A program made the position numbers and the translations under genes. From Selaginella moellendorffii (lineage: Eukaryota > Plantae > Lycopodiophyta), in NCBI RefSeq assembly GCF_000143415.4, contig NW_003314303.1, positions 209,589 through 273,588 of the forward strand: DNA of 64,000 nucleotides, given 5' to 3'. Under the pieces are notes generated by a model that saw nothing but the letters and a program-made list of their open reading frames with translations, ran no database searches and was not told the DNA's origin. Positions 35,599-47,800 of the stretch are shown here, in pieces; positions within the stretch are counted from its first letter, which is position 1, and every line of letters begins with the position of its first letter.

Positions 35599-38500
35599 TT
35601 ATTGCCTGCTTCTGTGTTGTGGTTGGAAGTCGAGAATCTCCGTCAACCTGGGCCTCCTGTAGAGCCTCAGTAGCAACGAGCAGCCGATAACGCTAACCGA
35701 GGACATGGCCATGGCGGCACCGGCCATCCAGGGCGGCAGGCTTATCGAGAAGAAAGGATAGAGCACACCAGCAGCAACGGGGATGGCCACCACGTTGTAT
35801 CCCATCGCAAACACGTAGTTTAGCCGGATCCTGGCGAAGGTCTTGCGCGACAAGTCGATCGCCGTGATCACGTCCTCGAGGTTGCTCCTCATGAGCACGT
35901 AATCGGCGGCTTCGATGGCGATGTCGGTCCCGGCACCAATCGCCATTCCCACGTCCGCTGCTGCCAGCGCGGGAGAATCGTTGATGCCGTCGCCCACCAT
36001 GGCTACCACGGTACCGTCGGACTGGAGCGACTTTACCACCTCGGCCTTGCCGCCGGGGAGAACTTCTCCCATGCACTCCTTGATCCCGACCTGGTTTTGG
36101 AAAGCTCCGAGTTAGCTATAGCGAGAGAGGACGGGGGGCGAGAGGCTTACCTCCTTGGACACTGCTCGGGCAGTCGTCCAGTTATCTCCAGTCACCATGA
36201 GCGTTCTTATTCCCATTTGGTTGAGGCCTTCCACGACGATAGCGGCTTCTCGTTTGAGCGGGTCTGACACTGCGAGGATTCCACGGAGATCGTGGCCAAC
36301 GGTGACTAGCACGCCCGTCCTGGCACGCTCTTCGACTTCACGCAGGTAGTTGGCCGCTTGCTGCGGGATGGGGATTCCTTGCTCGGTTACGAGCTTCGTG
36401 TTTCCCACCTGTTTGATTGTTGTGAGCTACAAAACGATCTGAAAGTGAAGATGACATACCAGCACAATTTGTCCTTCGACAATGCAGCTTACGCCTTGGC
36501 CTGGTAGAGCTTTGAAATCGGAGCATTTCTTTACCCAGCTGAAGTCCCGGGTTCTCGACGGAGATTTTGGCGTCGAGGGAACCCCTCCAAATACCAAATG
36601 GTGGTACGCATAGTCGAGAACTGCTCTCGCAAGCGGATGCTCGCTACCAGCCTGAGCAAAACCAATGAAGACTTTCATGACCTTAGAAACAAATAATGAG
36701 GAGAACAAACCTCAGCAGCAGCAGCAAATGCCAACATCTCTGACAAGGTCATTCCGTTGAAGGCCTTTGCAGTTGTCACAGACGGTCTACCATTAGTCAA
36801 GGTGCCCGTCTTATCAAAAACGACACATTGGATCTGGTGTGCTCGTTCTAGTGCGTCGCCGCCTTTGATCAAAATTCCGTTGGAAGCTCCAACACCAGTT
36901 GCTACCATGACAGCAGTTGGTGTGGCGAGTCCCAAAGCGCAGGGACACGCGATCACCAGCACAGCAATCCCGAACATAAGTGCAAAAACAAAATGATTTG
37001 TACCATCCGGCATCCAAGAATCTGGATATAATTCAAGCACTCCCGCCAGGTACCTAGCAAAACACAGAAATTTTGCATGAGCTTGTAGAGGCGCTAGTTA
37101 CCGAGGGAAAACAAAAAGACTTACCAGCAAATCCAAGTAGATAATGCTAGCACAACCACAACAGGAACAAATATGCTTGACACCTTTACAGATGAAAAAC
37201 CCGTCAGCACTCACTACAAAGAGAGGGAAACACGACTTACGTAGTCTGCGAATTTTTGAATCGGAGCTTTGCACATTTGTGCATTCTCCACAAGGTTGAC
37301 AATTTTAGCCAGCGCAGCGTCTCTTCCGACCTTCACTGCTTCGATGTAAAGAAGCCCGTTCACGTTGATGGTACCTCCAATGACATTGTCGCCAACGGAT
37401 TTGTCAACCAGTGCAGCCTCTCCTGTGATCATGCCTTCGTTGACGTGACTTGAGCCCTCCACAACGAAGCCGTCAGCTGGAATCTTAGAACCGGGCACAA
37501 CCTTGAGCCTGTCTCCTTTCTGTATCAGCTGGGCATCAATCTCCGTTTCCTTCTCTACAGTGATATGCTCAAGGTTTAGAATGCATGGCTATTGAACGAA
37601 CCTGAGTTACCTGAGTCAGCAGTGACCAACATAGCAGTAGTCGGTGCGAGCTCAAGCAGCTTTCCAATCGCCTCGGATGTCTTCCCTTTGGCGAGAACTT
37701 CCAAATACTTTCCAAGCAATACGAAGGTAAAGAGCATAGTCGTCGTCTCGAAGTACGTCCTTCCATGAAAGCCCGTAAAAGCACCGTAAAAGATAGCACC
37801 TACGGAATAGACGTACGCAGACGTCGTTCCAAGCGTAACTAGAACGTCCATATTGGCCGAGCCACTACGAAGCGAATGATACGCCCCGAGATAGAACTTC
37901 TTGCCAATGATAAACTGCACCGGAGTTACAAGGAGCCACTTCATCCAGTCACCCATGAGAAAAGGTCCACAGTGAATGAGCAACAGCCGATAAGCAAACG
38001 GAACGTGTGGACAAACCACCGTGATGAAGAAAACTGGAATCTGAAAGGAAAAAAAAGAAACATGAGTTTGACGAGTGAAAACAACAAGTACAACTCACAC
38101 TGAAGGCCAAGCTCGCGATAAAAAGCCGTAACGCCGAAGATACTTCTTTGCTTTTATCCGGAGAATAAGACGTATAAGGATTCGGGAGCACGACTTTATA
38201 CCTCCCAGCCCCGGCATTCTCGATACCGTGAACGATGTCTCTGAGCTTCAGCACTTCCGGGTCATACATAACTACAGCCCTTTCCAGCAACACGTCCAGC
38301 GTGAAATCCCTGACGCCTTTGAGCTTGGAAAGAAGCTCCCCAACCTGCGTTCCATCGTCCTCAAACATCCCACCTATGGTGAGAATCACCTTGTCCCGTT
38401 CCTCACTCTCAATGAGCTCTGCCTCGAACCCTGCATCTTCGATCGTCTCAATGATTTGCCTTCTCTGCACAGCCTTGGGATCAAACTCCACCTCTCCCAT

Positions 38501-39415
38501 CTCGGTCGCCAGCGCCACAGCAACGCGCTTTACACCTGGAAGCTTCGCCAAAACGCCTTCCACGGAGTTGACGCATGCTGTGCATGTCATGCCACCAACC
38601 TTGAACTTTTCAGTGGTTGTCAGTTTGCTTGGCGGAGCAGCGTTGCCATTACCAACCAGGTCGATCATGAAAGTTCTTGACAGAATTTCGGCATCAAAGC
38701 CAGCGTCCTCGATGGCCTCTTTGATTGCATCCTCCTGCAAAGCACAAACAGGCGTGAGGAGAACTTTCGCCGGAACCAAAGCACTACTAAACTCTTCCAC
38801 AATCGTTTCTCTAGATTTCTGCTCTTGCTCTTTTCTCACAAATCAAGCAAAGGTCTATCCTGTAAAAAAAAAAACAAAGTACCTGCAAGAAGATCTATCC
38901 TATGCAAGTCAAGTACCAAAATTACTACGAGTGAGGACTCACATACCTTGCACGTCCTGGGATCGAATTTCACATCCGCCTTGTTCTGCAAGAGCGCCAC
39001 CGTCGCGGAAGAAACGCCGTCGATCCTCAGCACCGCCTTCTCCACAGACGTCGAGCAAGCCGTGCAAGTCATCCCTCCAATCGCGACCTCCAATCGACAC
39101 AGCGCCGGCGCGCCGCTCTTCCCATTCTCATTCCCGTCCTCCAAGAAAGAAGAACTCGTCAGCAGCGGCTCTTTCTCCAGCGCCGCCTCATCCAACACAA
39201 GCCGAGCCTGCGCCTCAAGATCCTCCAGCTCCAGCTCCTTCCTGATCGCCCCTCCTCTATGCGGCGCCATACCCCAATTTGCGAAATCCTGCCCCTACAG
39301 ATCCCGGATAGGAGAGATCGATCTAGAAATCCTCGAAATCCGAAACCCCGGCGGCCGCGAGCGAGGGATTGAGCGAGGAGGCCCTGTGGAGCGAAATTTG
39401 CTGCAGGGCGGCCAT
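35599..39415 (-). CDS. RAN1: P1B-1 copper-transporting ATPase, RAN1/HMA7-like, about 10 exons
   Basis: Two GMTCxxC domains, [45 protein letters not shown]; CGPFLMGDW and HFVFALMF resemble RAN1 more than HMA5. Start is ATG 39270, or ATG 39415 via a 52-nt intron. Confidence 0.88.
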
Positions 39416-39687
39416 TGCTAGAGCGTGGCGAGGGCGCCGAGGAAGAAAGACTGGAACAACTAGCGTGACCTAAAATCCGATGTGGGGATCTTCTTCCCTG
39501 TGCGTGACCCCGCGTCACGATTCCATGTAGTACAAGCGCTTGCAGTACAACAAGAAAATACTTGTTTAAAAAGACCACGCATTTTTCTCTCTCTCTAGTC
39601 AACGTTGTGTTAGAAAAAAGTGCGTAAAAATGGCATTCTAGAAAGGTGGGCAGGTAAAAATGGTAAAGTGAGAGAGCACAACACTTT

Positions 39688-40770
39688 TTACTCGGCCGTG
39701 ACGGTGGTGGTGGTGGAAGACGACGCGGCAGTGGTGGTGGCGGCGATGGCGGCCGCGGCGGCGGCGCTGACCGGGTCATCGGTGGTCCAATGCTTGTCAA
39801 AGTCCATGTCGTCCAGTGTGTTGAACTGGAATGGCCCGTCAAACATCAAATTGCTCATGGGCGCGGAGGCCCCTGGAACTCCCCCGCCACCCCGAGAGCT
39901 TAGATCTCCTCCATAGCCACCGTTGTTAGCGGCGGCGGCGTTAGCGGCGCTGGCACTCATCATCGAAACACCACCATAGCCATTGTCAAAGCTGGGGTTT
40001 CCGGCGTTGCCACCATGGGGTCCTCCCGGGAATCCACAGCCCATGTTAAAGTCCGTGTAGTGAGAAGCGAGCTGGTCAATTTGGTGAAGCTGCTGATGGT
40101 GGTGGTGGTGGTGAGGAGGAGGAGCGCTGCCACCGCCACCTTCGTACTTGGATGGCTCGACGAACTTGGTGGCGGCGGTGGTGGCGATGGAAGACTTGCT
40201 TGAGTTGGATATGGAGTCCTCGTCTCCGGGGCCTATCAAATCCTTCTGCCCAGCTGCAAGAAGCGGAGGATTCACAGTGCTGGTGTAGATCTGGCTGTTG
40301 TTGTTGTTGGTAGTCATATTGCAGTTACCATTGTTGTAAACGGGCAATCCTCCTTCCATACCGCCATTACCACAGCCCACCATTCCTTGTCCATACAAGA
40401 TGCCCCCACCGGGCAAATTGAGGTCCAGGAGCCCTCCGCCACCCTGGGCCTGAGCCACGACGCCGCTGTTCATCTCGGGGTGGAGCATCCGCTGGATCGC
40501 CATGAGCTGGTAAGTCTGGTACGAGTGCATGGCGTACTTGGTGATGATGTCCTTGAAATCGATCGCATTGCCACCCAAGTTGCCGCTGTTGCCCGTGAAC
40601 CCGGCCTCGTGAACTTTACCATCGCAGATGACGATCACACCCACCTCGGCATTGCACAGCGTCGCGAGCTGCTCGGCCTTGCCGCGGAGTCCCTTCAGCC
40701 GCTTCTTGAACGTTTCCCTCCTCGACTTGTCATTCCGGATGAATTCAATGGGAAGTTTTCGCCTTCCCAT
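39688..40770 (-). CDS. Intronless type I MADS-box transcription factor with a long low-complexity C-terminus
   Basis: MGRRKLPIEFIRNDKSRRETFKKRLKGLRGKAEQLATLCNAEVGVIV; no K-box; Gly/Asn/His/Ala/Thr runs. Confidence 0.88.
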   Translation of the reverse strand: MGRRKLPIEFIRNDKSRRETFKKRLKGLRGKAEQLATLCNAEVGVIVICDGKVHEAGFTGNSGNLGGNAIDFKDIITKYAMHSYQTYQLMAIQRMLHPEMNSGVVAQAQGGGGLLDLNLPGGGILYGQGMVGCGNGGMEGGLPVYNNGNCNMTTNNNNSQIYTSTVNPPLLAAGQKDLIGPGDEDSISNSSKSSIATTAATKFVEPSKYEGGGGSAPPPHHHHHHQQLHQIDQLASHYTDFNMGCGFPGGPHGGNAGNPSFDNGYGGVSMMSASAANAAAANNGGYGGDLSSRGGGGVPGASAPMSNLMFDGPFQFNTLDDMDFDKHWTTDDPVSAAAAAAIAATTTAASSSTTTTVTAE

Positions 40771-40992
40771 TGACGCTTCACGCCATGAGACGCGCGAGAT
40801 TGTGAGAAATGCGAAAGAGGGCTTTTCAAACTGGACGGCATTGTCTAGTTGTAGCGGCACGTAAACCGCAAATAGCTCCCCATGGCATCCATCAAAAATG
40901 GCCACAATGCGCTAATTATACGCCCCAAATAAGTGTGTCACTTATCCTTTAAGATAAACTTCAAGTCTAAGCCCTAAATTGAATTTAGGGTT

Positions 40993-42554
40993 CTAGCGAT
41001 GGGAGGCACAGACAATGCGGGGTGACGCGACCGGGCCCCTACCCGCGAGCTCCGCCATCTCGATCGGCTTCCCAGGCGGCGATCGCCAGCTCCAGCGATG
41101 CAAGAGGTAGGCGAGGGTGAGCGTGACATGGGGCATGGCCAGCGGGATCCCGACGCAGCGGCGCCGCCCGGACGAGAAGGGCAGGAGGTCGAAGTCGTTT
41201 CCCAGCACGCTGTGGTCGCTGCCCAGGAATCGCTCGGGGAGAAAGAGCTCGGGGTCGCTCCAGATGCTTGGGTCGTGATGGATTGCCCAGATGTTCACGA
41301 GGACCGTGGTGTGGGCGGGGATCGTGTAGCCGGCGAGAGTTACCTCGCGATCGTTGTAGTGGGGGACGCCCAGCGGCGCGATTGGACGCTTCCGGAAGAC
41401 TTCCTTGACGATGGCTTGGATGTAAGGCAGGTCTTTTAGATGCGACTCCTCCAAGGGACGATCTCTCCCCACGACTCTGTCCAGCTCCTCGTGAGCTCTC
41501 TCCTGGACTCTGGGGTTTACTATCAGCTCCGAGATGGCCCATTCGATCGTCCCCTTGGACGGTCCAGTGCCGGCCATCAGCAGATCCTGCGTCCCACGCT
41601 TACGTGAGAAACAACGAAGAACGCAAGACTTTTCTTTCTTCTTTTGCTTACCTGGAGCAGTGCGATGATCTGGTCGTTGCTAAGCTTGTTTTCTCCTCCC
41701 AGAGTCAGCATCACGTCGACGAAATCCCGGGGATTTTCCGGATCGAAGTCTTTCGTGTGCTCCTCGATGACTGCTTCCAGAAAGCGAGATCTTGCTGGTA
41801 GGACTTCATTCTTGAGTCGGTTTTGCGTCCCTCTGAGCGTGTCCAGCCATCGCATCGCAGGGATGTAATCAGCGGCAAACAGCCTCCTGGATTCTTTCGC
41901 TTGGATCGCCCACGACGCCTTGTAGGCTTCGGCCTCGGGAGTGAGCGGCGTGTCAGTGCCGTAGAACTTCCTCCCGAACAACACGCACGTCATGAGGTTG
42001 GTGAAGTACTCCTGCAGCATGGAGCTGAGATTAAACTCGTGCCCGTCTTTTGCAGACGCCTCGACGGTCGCTCCAAACGCTCCCAGCTCCCTCTTGCGAG
42101 TGCTGGCAAAGTGGCTCACCTTGGAGGCCGTGAAGAGCTCTGTGCCGCACACTCGCCGCAGCATCTTTCATCGCTCGCCGTGCGGTGCGAAGATAAGGTC
42201 CTGGAAGTTGTGGCTAATGAGTCGACCGATGGTGAAGAACAGGGGCCTGCTCGCAAACTCGACGTCGTGCTCCTTGAGGACTTGCCTCGCCATCTCCGGG
42301 CTGCTGATGATGATGTGAGGCCGGACTCCCAGCCGGAGTAACATAACAGGGCCATACTTTCGAGCCATCTCGGCCAGGGAGCGATGCCGATGGGGGCCGA
42401 GCGAGAAGAGAGAGCCAACGAGGGGCCATGAGAAAGGACCTGGTGGGAAGTTCTTCTTGCTCCTCGCGCTGGTGGAGTGGAAGATCTGGAAGAGGAGCAG
42501 CAGGGCGGCCAGTGACGAGCAAATCCAAGTCGCCAAGAGCAGCAGCACATCCAT
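40993..42554 (-). pseudogene. CYP71-clan (A-type) cytochrome P450 with a single in-frame premature stop
   Basis: N-terminal anchor, PPGP, FAPHGER*KMLRR (TGA at 42168-42170 replacing Trp of WxxxR), single intron about 41588-41651, EVFR, PERF, FSSGRRRCVG. Confidence 0.85.
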
Positions 42555-42698
42555 GATGTTGCCCGGGTAGAAAAAAGAGATTGGTGGAGCTTTAAGTACG
42601 TCGAAGTGATGGATCGAAGGCCCCGGAGGGTGTGTTCGTCGAAGCATCCATGATGTTGCCCGGGTAGAAAAAAGAGATTGGTGGACCTTTAAGTACGT
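42548..42698. repeat. 54-bp direct repeat covering the P450 start codon and leader
   Basis: CATCCATGATGTTGCCCGGGTAGAAAAAAGAGATTGGTGGA(G/C)CTTTAAGTACGT at 42548-42601 and 42645-42698. Confidence 0.9.
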
Positions 42699-43017
42699 GG
42701 AGGCTCTGGCCTATTGCACAAAGTTCGGTTTTCGTGGACAAGACGCTTTTTTGTTTTTCTATGGCGGCTATGATAATTTATTGTAATATAAAAGATATTC
42801 TGAGAATAATGTATTTTAGCTAAGATCGCTTTTAAACTAATGACAAGTCTTTGGGATTTTGGTGATCTCATGGCAATTGTGCAGGTGCTCCTCTGAGCGG
42901 TTTCACCTTGGGCTGCTATCTGGTTCTACTGGATGACGGCAAGCACTGAAGCAAGGAGTCGGCCAAGCATCCGGAACAGTTGATCTTCCGATTGAGCTCT
43001 TCAGTCAGGTTGAGAAT

Positions 43018-43260
43018 TTGGGAGGCTCTGGCTGCCAGTGGATCCAAGACCTGTGGTCGGGCTGGGTTTTACAGCCGTTTAACTGGAGAAACTACCTGAT
43101 CGTGCTCATGAGTTACGTTGGCGAATCACTCTACGGCCGCTGTGATGGGAGCCAGGCTGCTGGTGCGGTGCATAATGTCAGCCCCAGGAACGTTGCTTAC
43201 TGCGAGCAAGGCGTTGGTTTGGAGAGGTTCTACCTTTTCGACTTCGGGATTGTCGCATCT
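43018..43260 (+). pseudogene. Degenerate protein-kinase-like fragment
   Basis: YLIVLMSYVGESL..VHNVSPRNVAY..FYLFDFGI resembles hinge, HxDxxxxN (Asp missing) and DFG motifs. Confidence 0.45.
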
Positions 43261-44066
43261 GTGTCAGACAACAATGGGGAAACCAGCCCTGACAAAGTCG
43301 GTGTTGACAATGCAATTAATGCTTCAACGAAAAGGTGCCCAAGATGGATCCACCATGGTCGGCTGCTGCGCAGGAGGAGGACTCGGTGGTTACCATCCAA
43401 CAGCAGGCAGTTGCAAAAAGGCAGTGTTTACCTGATGTTTCATCACCTTCTTTTCACCCCTTTTCCGGTATGTCATGATCATTTTCAGTGTCTAATGCTC
43501 TCTTCAAATGGCAGTAGATCCCACTGCTATCATTGCATTCCGAGTCCTCACAACATCACCTTGGACACCGCATTAATGCTGCCACAATGAAGATTTTAGT
43601 GTATATAAGGAATCTAGACATGTTTCCCTATCAAAACTTCGCTCCAAAATAGAAGATAAAAAGATGGTAAATAAGTTATTTTAGCTAAAATAAAATACTA
43701 GTAGTAGGGCATAAGCCAGCTATGGTAAGTTCCATTTTCTCTTCCAAACTTCTTGCTCTAAATCTTGTGTTAGAGAAGCTTCTTTCCCTCATGAATGTTT
43801 TGTCTCTCTCAAGGACCAACTGTAGGCACCAGGAATAAAAAGTTTAATTGGGGTTGGCAAAAAGGGAGCCAAGTCAACAAGGAGTTGAGACATAATATTT
43901 TAATATTTCTGATTTTAATATACTAAGATTATTCTTGTGTAATAAATTAATATTCGAAAACATTTCATCATTATAACTATATATTAAATCATTTAGTAAT
44001 TATAAATATACTTTATGCTGTAACTATCAGATATTATTATAACTATAACAAATTATATCTCAAATC

Positions 44067-44194
<128 letters not shown>

Positions 44195-44827
44195 ACTAGA
44201 TTGCTTTCTTCTTCTCTCTCACATTTTCTATTTTTCTCTCTTCTTCTCCTATGCATAATCATTAATGAGCTTTAACATGAAAATTGACTTCTTCTTAATG
44301 CATATGTTATAATGGTTTGAATGCCTCCCCATAAACTTAAGTACAATCTTTATATATGGTGGCATATCCTCAAGAGCTTTCTTTATAATAACATGCTTAA
44401 TCCAAAGGTATTGCAACCATTATGTCAAGTAATAACCAAGAAAACCTCTGTACCACTAAAGAAGTAAAAAATACTACCACCCTCATCATAAAGGTATCAC
44501 ATAAATATATCTGCCAAAATTTCTAACTTTTGCACCTCTAAAAAATATTGGAGGTGTTTTCTTGTTTAAAAAGAAATAACTTAGCCAAGCTTTGTATTTA
44601 ATGTCACTATGGCAATGTGGTATTAAAGAGGTTTTAGGTCCAACTCTATTGATTGGCTAAAGAAATCACACCACATATTGAGATTGACATTTAAGAGGTT
44701 TAATTTGCCTTTAACTAGGCTCGACTTGAAAAAGTAGGGTGTATTCCATTTACAAAGGCACGAATTTGCAAAGAAGTGTAATGGATTATAAACAACTAAA
44801 GGAAAAGGAAAGAGCCCATAAACAAGA

Positions 44828-47800
44828 TGTAAACTCTTGAATTTGGACTTCCCAAGAAGTCATCAAACCCAATACTATTCAAACCTAAGGATATTTAACC
44901 TTAAATATCCCAAGACCCTTAACCAATTGGAAAAAAGGTGTACTTTTATTTATGGGCCCTTTCCCTCTATATTTGAACCCTTATGGATCGTCTCTCGAAT
45001 TATTCCCTTTGGTTGCTTACATAAGAGTGCATATTCTTTTCCAATTGATTAAAGGTTTTAGGATATTTGGGTTTAAACATCTTTGGGTTTAAGTAGTATT
45101 AGGTTGGATGACATCCTAGAAAGTCCAAATTTATGAGTTTATAATAAGCTCGAGAAAGCATCTATGCCATCTCAACTATTTGCGATATCATTCCAAAAGT
45201 TAAACACTAACTGAAAGTCCCACAAAATTCATTTACAAGACTAACACTGGAATAAAACTAGGTTGGATCACTCTTATCAATAAGTGAGCACCAAAAAGAG
45301 TAAAACTATAATTTATTTGCTCAATATGAAGATTCACTAATAGAGGAACTCTAAGAATGGTGATACATAAACTTCTTTAGTTCCTTGAGAAATAACTTAT
45401 ATTACTTGAAATCCTTAGTATTTAGAGTTTTCTAATCTTCACCAATCTTAAAATCATCACCAAAATCCTCGTTAGTGTATTTTTTTATATGTTTTATAGC
45501 TTTGTTGAAAAATAATTTTGGCCAAGTCTTCCATAGCTCTATGTTAGATAACAAAATGGCCAAGTGCTTTTGGTATCTCATTTGGATCATTAATATATGG
45601 CTTTCACCCAAGCTTGCAAGAAAGCTTTCTTCCTTTTTTGAAATTTGGATTTCTTCCACTTCAGAATTAGCTAAATAACATAGTTAAATACAAAATAAAT
45701 AAAGAAATTTTGTGGGCTTACTAGATGTAATAAACACTTTTAGTGCATTTTGAGTAACATGCTTTCTCCTCTTCTTTTTTAGTTGTGTCTTCACTTCAAT
45801 GGATTTATCAATACCATCAAATTCTATCAAAAAATCCTTGATGGTTGTAAGTTACTTTTCCTATCTTGTATATACAAGTTCCATATATTTTTCTCCCTCT
45901 TCAGTAAAGATCTAACCACAAAAAATAATTTTCCCACTTCTAGTTTATGACCTCAGTATGTTTAGGTAATTTTTTGTTTCCATACATATAGGTAAGCAAA
46001 GTAAGGGACAACTAATAGTTGGAATTGCCTTTTATACAGATTTGAAGTACTTGAAAATTAAAACTTGAAAAGTACAAAGTGATGAAAGTGTTAATTGGAT
46101 ACAAGACTTTAGCCAACTTTTTGCATTACTACATCATTTATCTCATCCCCTTAATCTTCATCATTGTCCTCTTCAATCTTAGCTTTACTAAACACTAACT
46201 GAAGCTATAGCTAAATTTATAGAATGCCAAACTCAAGCTCACATTTGTTATAACACTCTTATACTAATTTGTACTTTGATTGAATTGCTCTAGAGAAGTG
46301 TTATTCACCCACCTCCTCAACATACATAATTTCTTTTTCCACCACCTTGATGTTCATCACTTTTTTTTTCCATTAAACTCGGAATGGCTTATTAATAGTT
46401 GGGACTGAAGAATGGATAACTATAGATGATCCACTAGATGCTCTAAATTCCTTGAACGCTACTAGCTTATATAAATTTAGAATTTGTGCTGAAGCTACTA
46501 TGTTTATCTTCTCAAATATACACTATTTATACTATGGATCCTCTATATTAAAGCTTGTCATAGCATCAAAACATTCCTCTCTAAGATCCAAATGTGAGAT
46601 ATTAATCAGCTTCATCATTTTTACTATATGTTTTTGCTTGATTTTATATTCTTCTTTAGTAATAGCATCAACATCTAAGCTCTTCTTTTTCAATTTCTTG
46701 AAATCCTTATTGATGTCATACTAGAGAAGCAAAAAAAAAACTCAAAATGAGTACTTTAGCAAAATTAAATACCTTGAATGGAATACATGTGTAGATTATC
46801 GGGGGAAATTGGCATAAATATCATGCTTCTTAAATTGATTTACTTTGGCAACTGTTATGTTGAGTTGGACTTTTTCCTTGTCTATGAGCTCATATATAAT
46901 CTTGCTAGCATCTGCTTGAAAAATATTCCGCACAACCATGATCGTGTATAGAAGAGTTATTTTGACTATTGCATCTTCATGTTGCTTATATTAAGAAAGT
47001 TATATCAATAAAGAATCTAAAGAAGAAATAGGCATATTTATTTATTGAAGTCAAAGCCATAATAAGTGTTATATGATTTTTGTCCTAGAACTCTTTCACC
47101 ACAACATTTGCCATGACATAATATCTTGCAATCTCGGATTTAGATAGTTCAAATATCCATAGCAACTATACCTCGAGCTAGTGATTTCCCTCCCATACAA
47201 GTAGCATTCAATTAAAAAGACCCTCCTTCCATTCGGCATAAGTCTCATTCTTCAAAGTGGCCTTAAATTCCATGTCAAGTTATTACCATATCTCATTCTA
47301 AAAAGTTTTTTTCTCATTCAAGAGCATTGGACCCTTTGCCACAATAAACTTAGACTTTATTTACACAAAGCCTTGTTGTTAAATGGAAAACTTAAGCTAA
47401 TCCAATCATATTAAATTTGAGATCATATGGTATAGAGGCATTTGGGATGTGGAATTTTCTTTTTGATTATCATCTATTATAGTAAATTCAAGACAACCTC
47501 CACTTTAAACTTCAAGGGACAATTAAATGAGTTTATATCTAAAACTTTCTTTTGTATTTATAGTTTTTCATTTTGCTTTTACTTTGCATTAACTCCATCC
47601 TTGGCTCTACTTGGTTCCTCTATAGCCATTCTTCTTTATGCAACTTAACTCTCCAAAGGGTTAAGGCCATTATCATCTTCTTTTTCATCTTACTATTACT
47701 CATTTTCTTCTTCAGAGTCATCTCCAAACAATTTAGGATTCTTGGTTTGCTCGGGATTCTTGGTTTGGTTGCTTTCTTGATATGAGAAAGGTTCTCTCAC

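Noticed and set aside
38235-39245. 336-aa plus-strand ORF
   Set aside because: Antisense shadow of Cu-ATPase exons with no recognisable motifs
40972-40990. Palindrome CCCTAAATT-G-AATTTAGGG upstream of MADS
   Set aside because: Too short to distinguish from chance, and not a full telo-box
42168-42170. Stop codon rescued by RNA editing or selenocysteine
   Set aside because: Nuclear gene; TGA>TGG is not a plant C/U edit, and land plants lack Sec insertion
35599-42554. Cu-ATPase, MADS and P450 as a functional or biosynthetic cluster
   Set aside because: Same orientation only; no shared pathway evidence, and the P450 is disrupted
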